From a virus (lineage: Duplodnaviria > Caudoviricetes), in IMG/VR virus record IMGVR_UViG_3300038530_003085, positions 123,394 to 187,393 of that record: a stretch of 64,000 nucleotides of DNA; one strand, 5' to 3'. Each line of letters opens with the position of its first letter. Position 1 is the stretch's first letter. Below the pieces are notes generated by a model that made no database searches, had not been told where the DNA came from, and saw only the letters and a program-made list of their open reading frames with translations. Made by a program: the position numbers and the translations under genes. This document shows positions 15,736 to 27,800 of the stretch, piece by piece.

Positions 15736-18600
15736 TTATTCATCCAATTTTGCATTTGGATCATTATAAGTAATGTTTAAATCTATTTTTTTGCCAGTTT
15801 TCTTTGACGTAAGCCTGAGTTTGAAGGTATTGTTCCAGATTAATTCTTCAGCATCGCCAACCTTTAAGTTGTCATACTGAGAAGCTGCTGACTGAGAATA
15901 ATCAACTCCGTTGTCATTAAAAACTAAGTGCTTTGCGTTTGGTATTACTTCTATTAATCTCTTGAATGGTTCGGAGATATTTTTGTAATTTTCTACAATC
16001 ATGTCTCGGTCATTCATTACATCAAATAGTGCATACTTATAACCACCATCATTTACTAATTCAGCTTTTATAATCTGGCTATTTTGTCCTGAAATATTCA
16101 ACTCGTTCCTAGTTCTAAACAGATAGTAATATTGCTTGTTAGATTTTACTTTATCATAGAATATTGATGATTTGTATGCAAAATTTTTGTCTGCAATTTT
16201 ATTGTCAATTGTCTTAAGATAGCCAGACTCAAAGTCAAGATAAGACTTGGGCTTCTTATCTATTCTATAAATGTCAATAAATCTTGCAGGGGACACTGTA
16301 TTTTTTCTTAGTTTCATCACGTTAGTTAAATCATTAGAGTTTAGATACTTTGCCTTAAAAGTCTCCTCTGCTGCGGTAGTGATTTTTGGATATAACTCTG
16401 GTGTAAAAATCTGATAGTTTAAATTAAAGATCAATGTGTTGCTGTTGTCTAAACTGTATGATGGGTCAACATTTACATTATTTGGAACGTGATCAGTAAT
16501 TGTAATTTGCTTGGTGTGAATTGGTACCTCAACTAACTTTAATGATGGCTGAGTTGTTACAATAAAATTAGCAAAATAGGGCGGTATTATTTCATCTGAT
16601 GCAGAAGATCTTCTAATTCTAACTGTGTCTTCTGCAGCAAACGAGGTTATTGTTCCAACACCCACATCGCCAACCTCACCTTCAAGTAAATCGACAACAG
16701 GATCACCAGTAACGGGATCATAATATTCAACGCAATAAGCAGTTACAGGATTATCAAGAGGTGAAATACTATCTGAGCCAGCACCACTGGGTATATCAGT
16801 ATCACCAGAATACCCTGATTGTTCACGGACTGTACCTACAACTCTTGTTAATTGAAGATTAGAGAATTTGTATTTTACACCTTCAATGAGGTAGTAGGCA
16901 TAAATTTTGTAAGTGTAATCAGTATTGTATTTTACTTGTGAATCAATCAAATTAAATTCTTCCAAGTCTTCACTATTAAAAATCCAAAAGTTTTGAATCG
17001 TGCCTTGTGTATTTGAATCGCCAGACACAGCCCCAGCGATTTTTTCCACTCTATAAGCGACGGCTTCATTTGGTTTTTGTTGAGGCTGATTAAATTCCCC
17101 AACTCCACCATCAACTGTTTTATTTTGTAGATTTAAAAGTGAATTAATATCTGACATATAAAATGCATTAGAATCATTAACAAAATTTGAAATCGTATCG
17201 TTTATAGTTCTTAAAGTATTTCGCGTATTAAAAGCGCGATAAACACCGACTGTATCGCTTGCTGCTTTAGACTCTACGTTTGTCTGACCAATAACAGTAA
17301 AATCATCTTGATCATCTTTTATTTTATTGTGCGAGTACAACAATAATTCTGTAAAGTCAACTCCTCGAAATTCCACTGTTTGACTTGTTGATTTTCCAAC
17401 ATCATATTTCGTGTCTATAGAAGCAGATAAAAATCTCTCATTTATCATGAATTGTAGTTGTTCAGTGGGAAGTATTTCATTTGCCTGATTAAGAAACACT
17501 TCTTTGATTGTTCTTAAAAAAGTTGTAGAGTATTTATTTTTACTTATTTCTTTGCCATACTTGCCTGATCTTTCAACTGTAAAATTAATTTTATTATAGA
17601 AAGGTAAAAGGTTTGAGTTTATTAAGGGTGGCGAGTTGTGCTTTAAAAAACTAGTTGCATTATCACTGTTAAAAATTAAATTAGTCTGTCTTCTATTTAT
17701 TTCACTTTGCAATATACTATCTGATGCTTGTGTGTTTTCAATTAATTTATTTAATTCATTTATAGAATCAGTTTGAGGATTGGTGGCTTCTGCTGCTGTA
17801 GCCTGAAGGTCAGCTTTCGTGCCACTCTTGTAATAGTCTAATATTTTCTTGTCAGCAAAACTTGGGTTATTGTTATAGTCAGAATTTGCGATCAGATTAG
17901 TTATGTACCAATTTGGTATTTGTCTTTCTGAATTATAGTTTTCTAATAAATTTTGATATTTGCGATCATATTGATTATAATCATATGAGATCTCACTAAC
18001 GCTTCTGATAGAAGCACCATCAGAAAATGTATTTTTCTGAATCGCTTCGTATGGTATGTTGATTGAAGTATAATGTTGATCAAATACAGAGTTACTGTAT
18101 AATCTCTCAACAGTAGAGTTTTCAAATTTATCTCCAGTAAAACAGCATTGCCAAAATTTATTACCGGTAGAGGGACTTTGCAATAATTCTTCTGTTGAAT
18201 TAGCCTCAACATGACAAACAAATTTTGTAAATGGTAAAATTGTTTCTTGTTTGTGTGCTAGATATCCATTAATATCTGATGAGTCGGTCTCAGGTGTTCC
18301 AATTCCAGTTTCATAATTAAAAATTGCATCATTGATTGATGAGCCCGCATAAGAAACTACGGAGTAGATTAATGGATTTCTATTCGGTGCAGAGTTCATA
18401 TTTTGAAATGTTGGAGGAACAGTAACTTGACCATAGTCATCTATTTCATTAAAGAAAAATCCTCCAACTGAATTTCTAAAATAATCACTAGAGCCAGAAA
18501 CTAAATTTAAATCTACAATTGATATTCTACGGCCGCCATATTCATCGTATGGAAATGGTAGAACGTTTTCTTCATCGTACATTCCGTCAGATATACTCAT
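15736..18600 (-). CDS. Large putative virion structural protein
   Basis: 954 aa in the tail module; beta-rich with FN3-like YTYKIYA and YYYLFR segments. Confidence 0.55.
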   Translation of the reverse strand: MSISDGMYDEENVLPFPYDEYGGRRISIVDLNLVSGSSDYFRNSVGGFFFNEIDDYGQVTVPPTFQNMNSAPNRNPLIYSVVSYAGSSINDAIFNYETGIGTPETDSSDINGYLAHKQETILPFTKFVCHVEANSTEELLQSPSTGNKFWQCCFTGDKFENSTVERLYSNSVFDQHYTSINIPYEAIQKNTFSDGASIRSVSEISYDYNQYDRKYQNLLENYNSERQIPNWYITNLIANSDYNNNPSFADKKILDYYKSGTKADLQATAAEATNPQTDSINELNKLIENTQASDSILQSEINRRQTNLIFNSDNATSFLKHNSPPLINSNLLPFYNKINFTVERSGKYGKEISKNKYSTTFLRTIKEVFLNQANEILPTEQLQFMINERFLSASIDTKYDVGKSTSQTVEFRGVDFTELLLYSHNKIKDDQDDFTVIGQTNVESKAASDTVGVYRAFNTRNTLRTINDTISNFVNDSNAFYMSDINSLLNLQNKTVDGGVGEFNQPQQKPNEAVAYRVEKIAGAVSGDSNTQGTIQNFWIFNSEDLEEFNLIDSQVKYNTDYTYKIYAYYLIEGVKYKFSNLQLTRVVGTVREQSGYSGDTDIPSGAGSDSISPLDNPVTAYCVEYYDPVTGDPVVDLLEGEVGDVGVGTITSFAAEDTVRIRRSSASDEIIPPYFANFIVTTQPSLKLVEVPIHTKQITITDHVPNNVNVDPSYSLDNSNTLIFNLNYQIFTPELYPKITTAAEETFKAKYLNSNDLTNVMKLRKNTVSPARFIDIYRIDKKPKSYLDFESGYLKTIDNKIADKNFAYKSSIFYDKVKSNKQYYYLFRTRNELNISGQNSQIIKAELVNDGGYKYALFDVMNDRDMIVENYKNISEPFKRLIEVIPNAKHLVFNDNGVDYSQSAASQYDNLKVGDAEELIWNNTFKLRLTSKKTGKKIDLNITYNDPNAKLDE

Positions 18601-18602
18601 GA

Positions 18603-19463
18603 TTAATATCCTCCACCACTAGTTCCACTATCGCTAGTGGTGTTCGTTGTTGGAGCAACGGTAGTTGTAGCTGCTGCCACAGTCTGTGTTGTTTCAAGCA
18701 CCTCATCCGTGGGTATTTCTTCAAAGGCTACAGAATCTAATTGAAGTTGCTTAGTTGTTTTTACCACATCGACTCTTGAAAGTGCACCGGTCCTCATATC
18801 TTCAGAATAGCTCGCCATAAATGTATTAAACTTATTTTGTGTGTATGATGGTATATCAGGTGTTTCTAATACGGCATCATAATCAAAACCAAACTTTTTT
18901 TTCAATGCCTCTTTTTCATTATCATCATAGCTGAATACTGTTATCGGACCTACAACAAAATTTACCAATTCATTAGAATATGTTTGACTATCAATTACAT
19001 TTAATATTGGCTCTGTAACATCCTGTACATGTGCAAACATTTTAACATCTTGAGAAGCAATAGTTGAAGATGCATCACTAACATTCTGAATGACATTTGT
19101 GTTTTCAATTTGTGATAATCCAATCCCATTGCTTGCTCTAACATTATTTATAAATTCTGTTGTTGCAGCAGGCTGTGCACCGCCATAGGCTTTGTGCTTT
19201 GTAAAGTTATATGTTGACGCTTCGGGGCCTTGTAACAGTTGATTATTACCAACAAAACTCTCAGTATCGATAACACTATTAGTAACAGTTATATTATCTT
19301 GCGTTAATACGAATACACCTGTTTTTTCCACGATCGTTGTTTGATTAACTTCTGAATCAAACACAGCGTAGTTTAACATATCAACTGTTAAATCTTGACT
19401 ATCATCTGGGGTCATTACAGCCGGCGGCGTAAATCCGGTGTCGGTATACGTATTGGTAGACAT
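18603..19463 (-). CDS. Putative structural protein with Thr-rich tail ending GGGY
   Basis: 286 aa, GGGAG SD, located in the tail module. Confidence 0.55.
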   Translation of the reverse strand: MSTNTYTDTGFTPPAVMTPDDSQDLTVDMLNYAVFDSEVNQTTIVEKTGVFVLTQDNITVTNSVIDTESFVGNNQLLQGPEASTYNFTKHKAYGGAQPAATTEFINNVRASNGIGLSQIENTNVIQNVSDASSTIASQDVKMFAHVQDVTEPILNVIDSQTYSNELVNFVVGPITVFSYDDNEKEALKKKFGFDYDAVLETPDIPSYTQNKFNTFMASYSEDMRTGALSRVDVVKTTKQLQLDSVAFEEIPTDEVLETTQTVAAATTTVAPTTNTTSDSGTSGGGY

Positions 19464-19475
19464 TACACTCTCCCG

Positions 19476-20048
19476 TTATCTATAGTACTTATTTTTTCCA
19501 TAATAATTATCACTCATATTTAAAATATGTAAATCGCATAAAACTTTGGATAAATCAACTGGTGCCATCAACGTGCCGTCACGCTGAAGTTCATTAACAC
19601 CGACACGAGTAGTATTAATGTCATCCAATTCTAATATTGGTCCGTCGTGAGGCGGAAAATAATTATTAACACTAGTCGGTACATTTTCAATATTATCGAC
19701 TAATTGCATATCCATAACGTTGGGATTTATATCTCTTGAAATTTCTGGGTTTTGTTGTAAGAGAGAAAAATCTTTTTTAGTGGGGTCAAGTGCAATGTTC
19801 ATTTCCAGTAGAGTATCATTTGTAAGCTTAACCTGATCTAAAATAGAAACATTATTTCTCCGTTGAGTGCGAAGATTTATTGAGCCATTACTAGCTTGCA
19901 TAGCTTGCGCTGCATTTTGCAGATTAAAAAGTGTTGGTTCCGTCGTTTTGTTGACAATCTTGTCGCCAAAAACCGCACTATTATTTTGTTTGATAGCATT
20001 TTTTTTAGTTGATGAGTTTTGTAAAACTTCAGTTGGTATTGAAAACAT
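19476..20048 (-). CDS. Hypothetical protein (tail module)
   Basis: 190-aa Asn-rich ORF with an AAGGA SD. Confidence 0.55.
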   Translation of the reverse strand: MFSIPTEVLQNSSTKKNAIKQNNSAVFGDKIVNKTTEPTLFNLQNAAQAMQASNGSINLRTQRRNNVSILDQVKLTNDTLLEMNIALDPTKKDFSLLQQNPEISRDINPNVMDMQLVDNIENVPTSVNNYFPPHDGPILELDDINTTRVGVNELQRDGTLMAPVDLSKVLCDLHILNMSDNYYGKNKYYR

Positions 20049-20059
20049 AATTTATTCCT

Positions 20060-23000
20060 TTAGGTAAAAACACTATATCTGGCAGTGATATCTGAATAGT
20101 CTCCAATGTGATCTAGAATAGGTGTTTCTAAATCAATTCTAACACGATATTCCGCTGCAGCATAATCATCTGTTGCAATATCATTAGTAATAATATCTAG
20201 TCTATCTTTGATTTTTACAAGTTGCTCATTAAAATTTATTAAATTTGATATGGTGCCAGTCTCGGGCCTAATTTGTTCTAAAATATTTTGACCAAACTGT
20301 AGTTTTTCCGCATAACTTGTGTTGGCAAAAAAGTTACTAAATAAAGATATGTACATTATATAAGTTGAAATCATATCTATCCAAGGACTCTGGTCAGGAT
20401 GTGATGCTATTATTCCATCCACAAAAAACTTATTAAATGTTTTTGTAAAATCATTATAGGCGCAAGAATCCAAAGCAGGATTATAGTACTGATCTACAAA
20501 CCTATTATATACCGTGGTGTAATTATTAATTATGGCAGTCAAGCATTCTAGTGAATCATCATGAAACCCTACTTCGATATCAAAAATATCCCTTGATGAA
20601 TTGTTGGACTCTGGCCTAAATGTACCATCAACAGTAACAGTCTCTCTATTAAACTGATCATCATCGATAAAAAATTGATAACTATATAATGCCAACCTGT
20701 AATCTTCTATCCACGTTTTATCTCCAATTAAATTACCATCAATAAACCCGGGGAAAGCAAAATTCCTAAACACTATGTGACTGTGTTCATCTACGGTACC
20801 GGCACCCAGAGCAGTTTCTGGTGGTGCGTCAAATATGTCATTGAATTTAACCGTACTGCCAGCTATAGGTGCAGAACTATACACTAGTGGTCTACTGGGG
20901 TTTTGGCTCGGATCCACTGGAATAGTTACCAAAGAATGTAAGCTATGGCGCGTTGGATCATATGCGGCGGCGCCGAAAGGCTCTGTTAATAGTGCTATTC
21001 CAGTACTATATGTTTGACTATCGTATACAATACGTCTAATATTTATACAATTATTTGTTAACTCACGTCCTCCGGGGAATTGATCAATTAATGTATCAAC
21101 GTTAATGTACCTTGACATTTTAGATGCTTTTCTAATATATTTTTCTAAGTCAACGAAAAAGTATCCAGATTTTTTAATTATGATATCAACATTTGCTAAT
21201 GTATCGCACAATCCTTCATCAAGGCCTGAACCTTTAAAAATGGCAATTCTTAAAAGCATTTGTTCAATTTTTTGTCGGAGAGCATCTTCAACATCTTGGC
21301 GCTTTAATTCGTTGTATATGGCATCGCTTACAGCGCTGCCGAGTTTAATATGATGAATCCAAGATTGACTAGTTCTTTTCTTTGCTAAGCCCGGAAAAAC
21401 ATTATATGGAATTCTCTGTGTAGATGTAAGACCGGAACCAAGCACATTGAGATAATAGTCTGGTTCCTGTTCAACCCCACCCATTGGATCTGGATAAAAG
21501 CAGCATCTAATGTAAGCATCAAAAACACTTGAAAGTCTGTTTGAAAGCACCTGATTAACGCCGGCCAAAAAATCATTATATATATTATGAGAAATTTCTT
21601 CTCTAGTCGATTCTCTAAGTATACTTTGTGATAAAGTTGGTGAGTTGATAAAACCTTGCATAATTGTTGTGACAAGAGTTTTGATTTCGTCTGTCACTTG
21701 TGATACTACTTCTTCAAGAACTGGAATGGTGCCCTCTGATTCCTCACTAATAGCAACAAGTAAGGAAGTATCTGAATCAATATCATCTCGAACTCTAAGT
21801 GAGTTAATATTTTCATTTATTGCACTTAAAATAATACTTGCATTCCAATTTCTAGATTGACTTGAATCATATGTAATCTCACCTTGATAACCATATCCTG
21901 GGATATCTTCAGAAAAGTTTACATCAACTGGAGGTCTTAAAGTTAACAATCTTTCTCCCACATTATCGAATATGGCATCTGTACTGTTCAAATGGCCGGG
22001 CGCACCACTAATAGTATCATCGGCTAAACCAATTTGCGATTTTCCAGAGGAAGCAACTAAATCAAACATTTTATCACGCATAAACCACCATTTCATTTCT
22101 TTAAATTGCGCTGTTGATAATTTTACTAAATCTTTGCCACTGGCATCTGCGTAATCTTCTGCATTGTCTTGTTCGCCGCCACTGTTGCGTCCAACGTCTG
22201 TAAGTACGCTACCATGATAGCCAACATCTAAAAATTCACCTTGTTGGCCTTCGGCGGCATCTCCAAGGATAGCTTTTCTACCACGAATCCATCGGTCATT
22301 AAAATTTTCTAAAAACTCTTTTAATCTTCCAACTTCTTCGTTTATTAATACAGCATAGTAACTTGCATCTGAGCTATATTCACCTGTATTTTGGTTATAG
22401 TAAAGAGAGGCAACATCAAAGTTTATTCCACTAGCGCCTTCATCTGGTATTATAGCAGAAATTGATTCTGTAACTATATCAGAAACTTCTTCTAGTATAT
22501 TAGACACTTCAGCCTGAAGGGAGTCATTAAGACTATCTGATGTTATTGGTATTTCAGCTTGACCGGGGAATGAGCTTAGTTCTGATACAGGCACATATTT
22601 TGCTGCATTTGCATGCAAAACGTTTTTATAAATAAAGTTTTCAGGATTAGTCGCCAATTCTTCGTCATATGATGTGTCAAACACAATTGGCGGCACTACT
22701 CTATTATCTAATATTTTGTAGTTTCTATAGATTCTCCTGACAACTTGTGGCTGACCTAATAAAGTTGCATTAAACTTATTTATACGAATGCCTAACTCAC
22801 TTGTCATGTTGCCTGTCTTTGTAGCAGAACTTTTTGAAGGTGATAGTTTGTTAGCTTTGTATAAATTAGGTATTAGTTCTATTGAGTCTGCATATCTATT
22901 GAGCACATATTCCATATTATTAATTTGAGAATCTAATGTTTTATCTGTACTAGCTGATGCTTGATACTTGTTAAGAGTTTCTTGTAAAGTATCTCTAATA

Positions 23001-23875
23001 ATTTTATGTGTGACTACATCAGACTTATAATATTTGCCGTCTAGTGCTCTCAATGGTGTGCTATGATATGCTAAGCTATCACCATCAACATAGACTGGAT
23101 CTCCAAACTTTGCTAAACTGCCGTTTGTTTTTACATTTTCATAACTGATGTCACTAAAATTAATTGCAAACGCTGTTTTTGACAAATTTGAAACAGAAAG
23201 AGTATTTAAAGACTCCGAAGTTATGCAAGCAAAAATTGCCATATCCACAGCAGCATCCATATTATAAACGTGAAACGAAAAATCAACGTAAGAGGATTTA
23301 ATTACTTGGTTACCAGAGTCGTCAAATTCTGATGTAAAGTCTTCAGTCGTAACATAGTCACTAAGTGGCACACTGTAAACTTGAATTTGTGGGTTAATAA
23401 TAGAAGTAATATAACCAGAGATTTGAGAAGTACCTAAATCTAATTCAGCGTTGTAAGAAGTATTCATTATAGGCATACCATTATTTGTATACTCTCTAAT
23501 ACGACTCAAATTTAGTTTATCATTTTTTAATTCTTCAATTAAATTAGCGTCTTTATACACTATAAAATTAATATATAAGCTGTGATTGTCGTTAGCATCA
23601 AAAAGCTCTTCAAACATCTCCAAAGAATCAAAATTATCATCTGAATTGAAAATAGCAGATGTTTTAATATCAATGTTAGTTAACTGATCAGGAGTCACCG
23701 TGAACGTAGCTGTGATTGGGCCTGTGGAACTGAAGGCATAGCCAGATGAATTAATCGTTTCTACAATGGGGTCATCAGAGGATACACTACTTACTTTTAT
23801 TGTTTCAATTACTGGCGTAGGCAAAAATTTACCAAAATTATTTATTGTATCGCCCTTATAAATTAATCTAGACAT
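20060..23875 (-). CDS. Large putative virion structural protein
   Basis: 1271-aa acidic ORF in the tail module. Confidence 0.6.
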   Translation of the reverse strand: MSRLIYKGDTINNFGKFLPTPVIETIKVSSVSSDDPIVETINSSGYAFSSTGPITATFTVTPDQLTNIDIKTSAIFNSDDNFDSLEMFEELFDANDNHSLYINFIVYKDANLIEELKNDKLNLSRIREYTNNGMPIMNTSYNAELDLGTSQISGYITSIINPQIQVYSVPLSDYVTTEDFTSEFDDSGNQVIKSSYVDFSFHVYNMDAAVDMAIFACITSESLNTLSVSNLSKTAFAINFSDISYENVKTNGSLAKFGDPVYVDGDSLAYHSTPLRALDGKYYKSDVVTHKIIRDTLQETLNKYQASASTDKTLDSQINNMEYVLNRYADSIELIPNLYKANKLSPSKSSATKTGNMTSELGIRINKFNATLLGQPQVVRRIYRNYKILDNRVVPPIVFDTSYDEELATNPENFIYKNVLHANAAKYVPVSELSSFPGQAEIPITSDSLNDSLQAEVSNILEEVSDIVTESISAIIPDEGASGINFDVASLYYNQNTGEYSSDASYYAVLINEEVGRLKEFLENFNDRWIRGRKAILGDAAEGQQGEFLDVGYHGSVLTDVGRNSGGEQDNAEDYADASGKDLVKLSTAQFKEMKWWFMRDKMFDLVASSGKSQIGLADDTISGAPGHLNSTDAIFDNVGERLLTLRPPVDVNFSEDIPGYGYQGEITYDSSQSRNWNASIILSAINENINSLRVRDDIDSDTSLLVAISEESEGTIPVLEEVVSQVTDEIKTLVTTIMQGFINSPTLSQSILRESTREEISHNIYNDFLAGVNQVLSNRLSSVFDAYIRCCFYPDPMGGVEQEPDYYLNVLGSGLTSTQRIPYNVFPGLAKKRTSQSWIHHIKLGSAVSDAIYNELKRQDVEDALRQKIEQMLLRIAIFKGSGLDEGLCDTLANVDIIIKKSGYFFVDLEKYIRKASKMSRYINVDTLIDQFPGGRELTNNCINIRRIVYDSQTYSTGIALLTEPFGAAAYDPTRHSLHSLVTIPVDPSQNPSRPLVYSSAPIAGSTVKFNDIFDAPPETALGAGTVDEHSHIVFRNFAFPGFIDGNLIGDKTWIEDYRLALYSYQFFIDDDQFNRETVTVDGTFRPESNNSSRDIFDIEVGFHDDSLECLTAIINNYTTVYNRFVDQYYNPALDSCAYNDFTKTFNKFFVDGIIASHPDQSPWIDMISTYIMYISLFSNFFANTSYAEKLQFGQNILEQIRPETGTISNLINFNEQLVKIKDRLDIITNDIATDDYAAAEYRVRIDLETPILDHIGDYSDITARYSVFT

Positions 23876-24876
23876 ATTTCTGGAACAACCTCGCTACCAT
23901 AAATATCGTTGTACAAGTTTTCTGAGTCATCAAAATCACAATTAAAATCAAGACTTAGATAATATGTTTGCTTGTTATACAAGTCTATTGCTTTGCAAGC
24001 AACAGACCTGTTAACATTTTTATCTTTTCTAATATCAAAGTAATATTCTACAGCATTCTTTGTTATTTGTTCATTGCTTAAATTAACCTCTGGTCTTTCG
24101 GATACCATCAAACCATTAACAATTTGTTCTTTTTTGTTTTCAAAATATTTTCTAGTTAAACTTTTAGTTGTACCATTATCGCTAACCATAAAAACTTCGA
24201 TATCAAAATTTTCATTTAAAATTTCTGTATTGACTTCATCGATATAGATCATAGGGTCTTCCATTTGTAATTGTATGACTTTATCATCAGCGAATGTTAA
24301 ACTTTCATAGATACTAAAGTTTGCATTTGGATTGGTTGGAATTGACTGTCGATTTGTAATAACTTTTTTATAATCTAATGAAATGTTAACTTGTGGAATA
24401 TTAAGTTCTACAATTGATGTGTCATTTAATTTTTGTGTAGAAGAACTAATGTTTGAACTGAGAGTGACTACTTTCCAAGATGGAACAACACTATTATCTC
24501 TACCATCAATTAGCGAGTCTCCAATTGCATTGTCATATCTAAAATTATCGAATCTTGGCTTTTCAGGCTCTAATGGCACAGTATCAATTGTAATAATACC
24601 TAAACCAGTTTCATCAACCTTTGGTATTTTTTGAAGTTTGCTATCAATATTTTCAAACAAGACTTGAGTGCCAAGATATGGTGTCTCATCTTTAATTCTT
24701 GTGTGTATACTATTTTGTGATTCTGTTAAACTTGCATACGCACCATCATACATGATATTGTCATCATAGAACGCATAATATACAGGCTTGAATTTGCCAA
24801 CAGATAATTTGTATTTTCCGTAACTTGTAAGTTCTAAGTCGATTACTCTTTCTTTTTTATCTAAGAATGTAGCCAT
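23863..24876 (-). CDS. Tail/baseplate protein, N-terminal paralog of 14667-15698
   Basis: MATFLDKKERVIDLELTSYGKYKLSVGKFKPVYYAFYDDNIMY aligns with MAFLDNSGDIILDAVLTDVGRKRMAQGDFSISKFAIGDDEIDY. Confidence 0.6.
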   Translation of the reverse strand: MATFLDKKERVIDLELTSYGKYKLSVGKFKPVYYAFYDDNIMYDGAYASLTESQNSIHTRIKDETPYLGTQVLFENIDSKLQKIPKVDETGLGIITIDTVPLEPEKPRFDNFRYDNAIGDSLIDGRDNSVVPSWKVVTLSSNISSSTQKLNDTSIVELNIPQVNISLDYKKVITNRQSIPTNPNANFSIYESLTFADDKVIQLQMEDPMIYIDEVNTEILNENFDIEVFMVSDNGTTKSLTRKYFENKKEQIVNGLMVSERPEVNLSNEQITKNAVEYYFDIRKDKNVNRSVACKAIDLYNKQTYYLSLDFNCDFDDSENLYNDIYGSEVVPEICLD

Positions 24877-27800
24877 TAGTACGTTCCTCCTCCATCGCTA
24901 CCACCTCCACTGCGACCTCCGCCAAGACCGCTATCAGAGCCTCCATCATCGCCACGAATGCCACCTGCTTCTCCAGCACCAGTTCCAGTTGTGACGGTGC
25001 CTGCATTTCGTCTTGTAACGGATGGAGATGAACGTGTGGTAGTCGTTGTTTGTCCACCAGTCCTTGGAGTGCCACCACGAGGATTACGAGGGCCAGTGGT
25101 TTGATTATTGCCGGCAGAATTATTTGTGTATTCAATACGACCACCTTGTTTAATTTCTACGTCAACAACCCTTCGATTAGATTTGTTATTTTTAGTTTGT
25201 ACACTATTGCCCATTTCAGATTTTTTGACTTCAGTTACAACTTTTGTTTGTCGCCTCTTAGTCTTATCAAGAGAATCATTAATAACACCTACCGTTGATG
25301 CAGGATTAACATATTCGGGACTTGCTATATACTGGCTAGAATTAGGCGTAGAAGGTGCTCTATCCTTAAACAGCACGTCAGCATCAACTTGAATAGATTC
25401 GATGATAGAGACGTAATCATACGGCCAATTGAACCTAACCTTGTAGTCTTGCGTACCCTGAAGAACAGCATCTTGAAGTTGCGGTGGCTTGATTGGCTGA
25501 TTAGCTTGCTTAACAATGATGTCTTCGTACATTGCTTGACTGCGTTGCTTAACTTTGAAAACCATCCATCTTAAGTTTGGATTTTTAACTAAGTTGTCTT
25601 CTGTAAGCAACTCAGTATTGATCAACTCATGAGCTACCGCGTCTTCTGCTAAGGACATTCTAGTGCTGTTTCTAGGTGCTAAGTTTTGCCATATGTAGGA
25701 TAAATCATCACGATCAAATTCATACTTGAATTCAAAGATATACATTACGAGCGGATCAATAAGTTGATTGTTTAAGAAATCAAATTGTGGAGGTAGCACG
25801 TAATTCTTCATTTTATTAACTTGTCTTCTAATGGATTGTCCTGCGGCATCTAACGAATTACCCGGTAGGGAGTCAATGTTTTCTTCTAATGCAGCTTCAT
25901 ATCTGTACTTAGGAATGGTTATAAATTCTTTTCTAGTTTGTGCATTTTCAGCAGATGGTTGTGGATCGCCTTGTTCAATACCCTTGACTGTGTACGGTAC
26001 TGCAACGACTGCCTCTCTAATAACTTGTTTGTTTGCTACTTCACCAAGTCTTACGCTGGAATTCTCGTTAGTAAAGCCCATTAAATTAGCAAATGATTGC
26101 ATTTCCTTAGATATATTCAGCCCTCTTGTTCCAACAAATCCATTGTAAACAGATGCACTGCCGATTACTTCATAGTGATTTGCTAACCAAGATTCAGGGA
26201 TATCACCGATTTCTAAGAAAATACCAGTATTATTATTTGAAGGCATTGTACCAAATTGATGCCACATGCCCCTTGGTGTAGTACCTGCTCCAAAATTAGT
26301 AGGCAATGTTAAAGTACTGTTGCTGTCGTTTGAACTAGATATCGGTCTATCACCTATATCAGCAAAATTCATCATAGGCGTTTCAAATTTAGGCTGAATA
26401 ACCCATCTTTGTGCAGCAATTTCATTTTCATCGGTTATCAATTGACCAAACTTGTCAAATCTTTTCTTAGGTACGTTTTCTATACCAAATAGATTGATAG
26501 CAGCGTCTATCTGCATTGCATTGTTATCGATGTGTTCGCCAGAGTATGGTTGTAGTCCGTTAGGTTTGGAAATAACAAATGAAAGATCTCCCATAATCGG
26601 ATCAGCAGGGTGTGGCCCGAATTGACCGTTTATCCCAATCCTGTCTTTAACAAGCGTTCTGAAGCCATTTGCGTTAGGTGTTCCATCTGCAGATCTTAGC
26701 AAACTATCACCGGGATCAAAACGTCTAGTAATTGTTTGTGTCTCTGCTAAAATTCTAGTTAAATCATAATCGACTCCACCACTTGGTGAGAAGATAAAAT
26801 CAACCCATGCTTCACCATCATAGTATGGAGGAGTGTACGCCCAATTAAATCCATTAAGTGAATCTTTTGTTCCAGCTAAACTTGAACCTGTAGCTAACGC
26901 ATTAAAGGCATGTTCAAAGCCATCGGACGCGTCCGCAAAGTATGATCTGCCAAGCACAGGTGGGCCAAATGCAGTTGTTCTGCTATACATAACAAAATTA
27001 CGTTTGAAATTTGGATTTTGCGTGGGATCTTGTGGAATTTCAAAAGATGCAGAATTAACTAAAGTTGATGATGAAATCGCAGATTGGCCGGCTGCACCAA
27101 GCGCTGGTGGATTTCCAACTCCAAATGCATATCTACGCCCTGTTGACTTTGCTCCTTGCGGGCCATAGAAGTTATTGGTGCCGTCTGAACCACTCTCAAA
27201 TGAATATAATCTTGAGCCGCTATGAGATGCTTTTAATCGCAATCGAGCCCCGTATATTTCACCTTCCCTAAACTTAACAGTTGATATAGAATTACCGTTC
27301 GAGCTTAATTTGGTGTATTCGTTATTACTTAAAAAGAATTTACCTACTTCAGCAAAGTAATTTGATGCCATCAGCGTATAGAGCTTATCTGCCGGCTGGC
27401 CTGCAAGCGAAGCGGTGAGTGGAATTCTATTAAAGCTCATACTTGGGTGTGGCTCTAATTCAGGTATTTCAAGACCTCTCATATGTTGTGATGGATCAAT
27501 AATGGCTTCAAATGGTATTCTCTTATCCCAGAACGTACCGGACACATAATTAACGCCAAATTGATCTGTGCCAACTGCATCACGTATTTTAGCTTTAATT
27601 AAGAAATTGGAGGCTGTAAGGGGGGAACTATTACTGGCAGTCAATGCTTCATATTCAACTTTTGTACCATCGGTAATTACTGGATAATCAACAGCTATAC
27701 CTGACTTAATTGAATTGTACAAAATACCGGGCGCGAAGAGTGGCTGAGTAACTGGTCTTGCATAACTATATTGTATCAGTTCCGAATCATCTACATCAGC

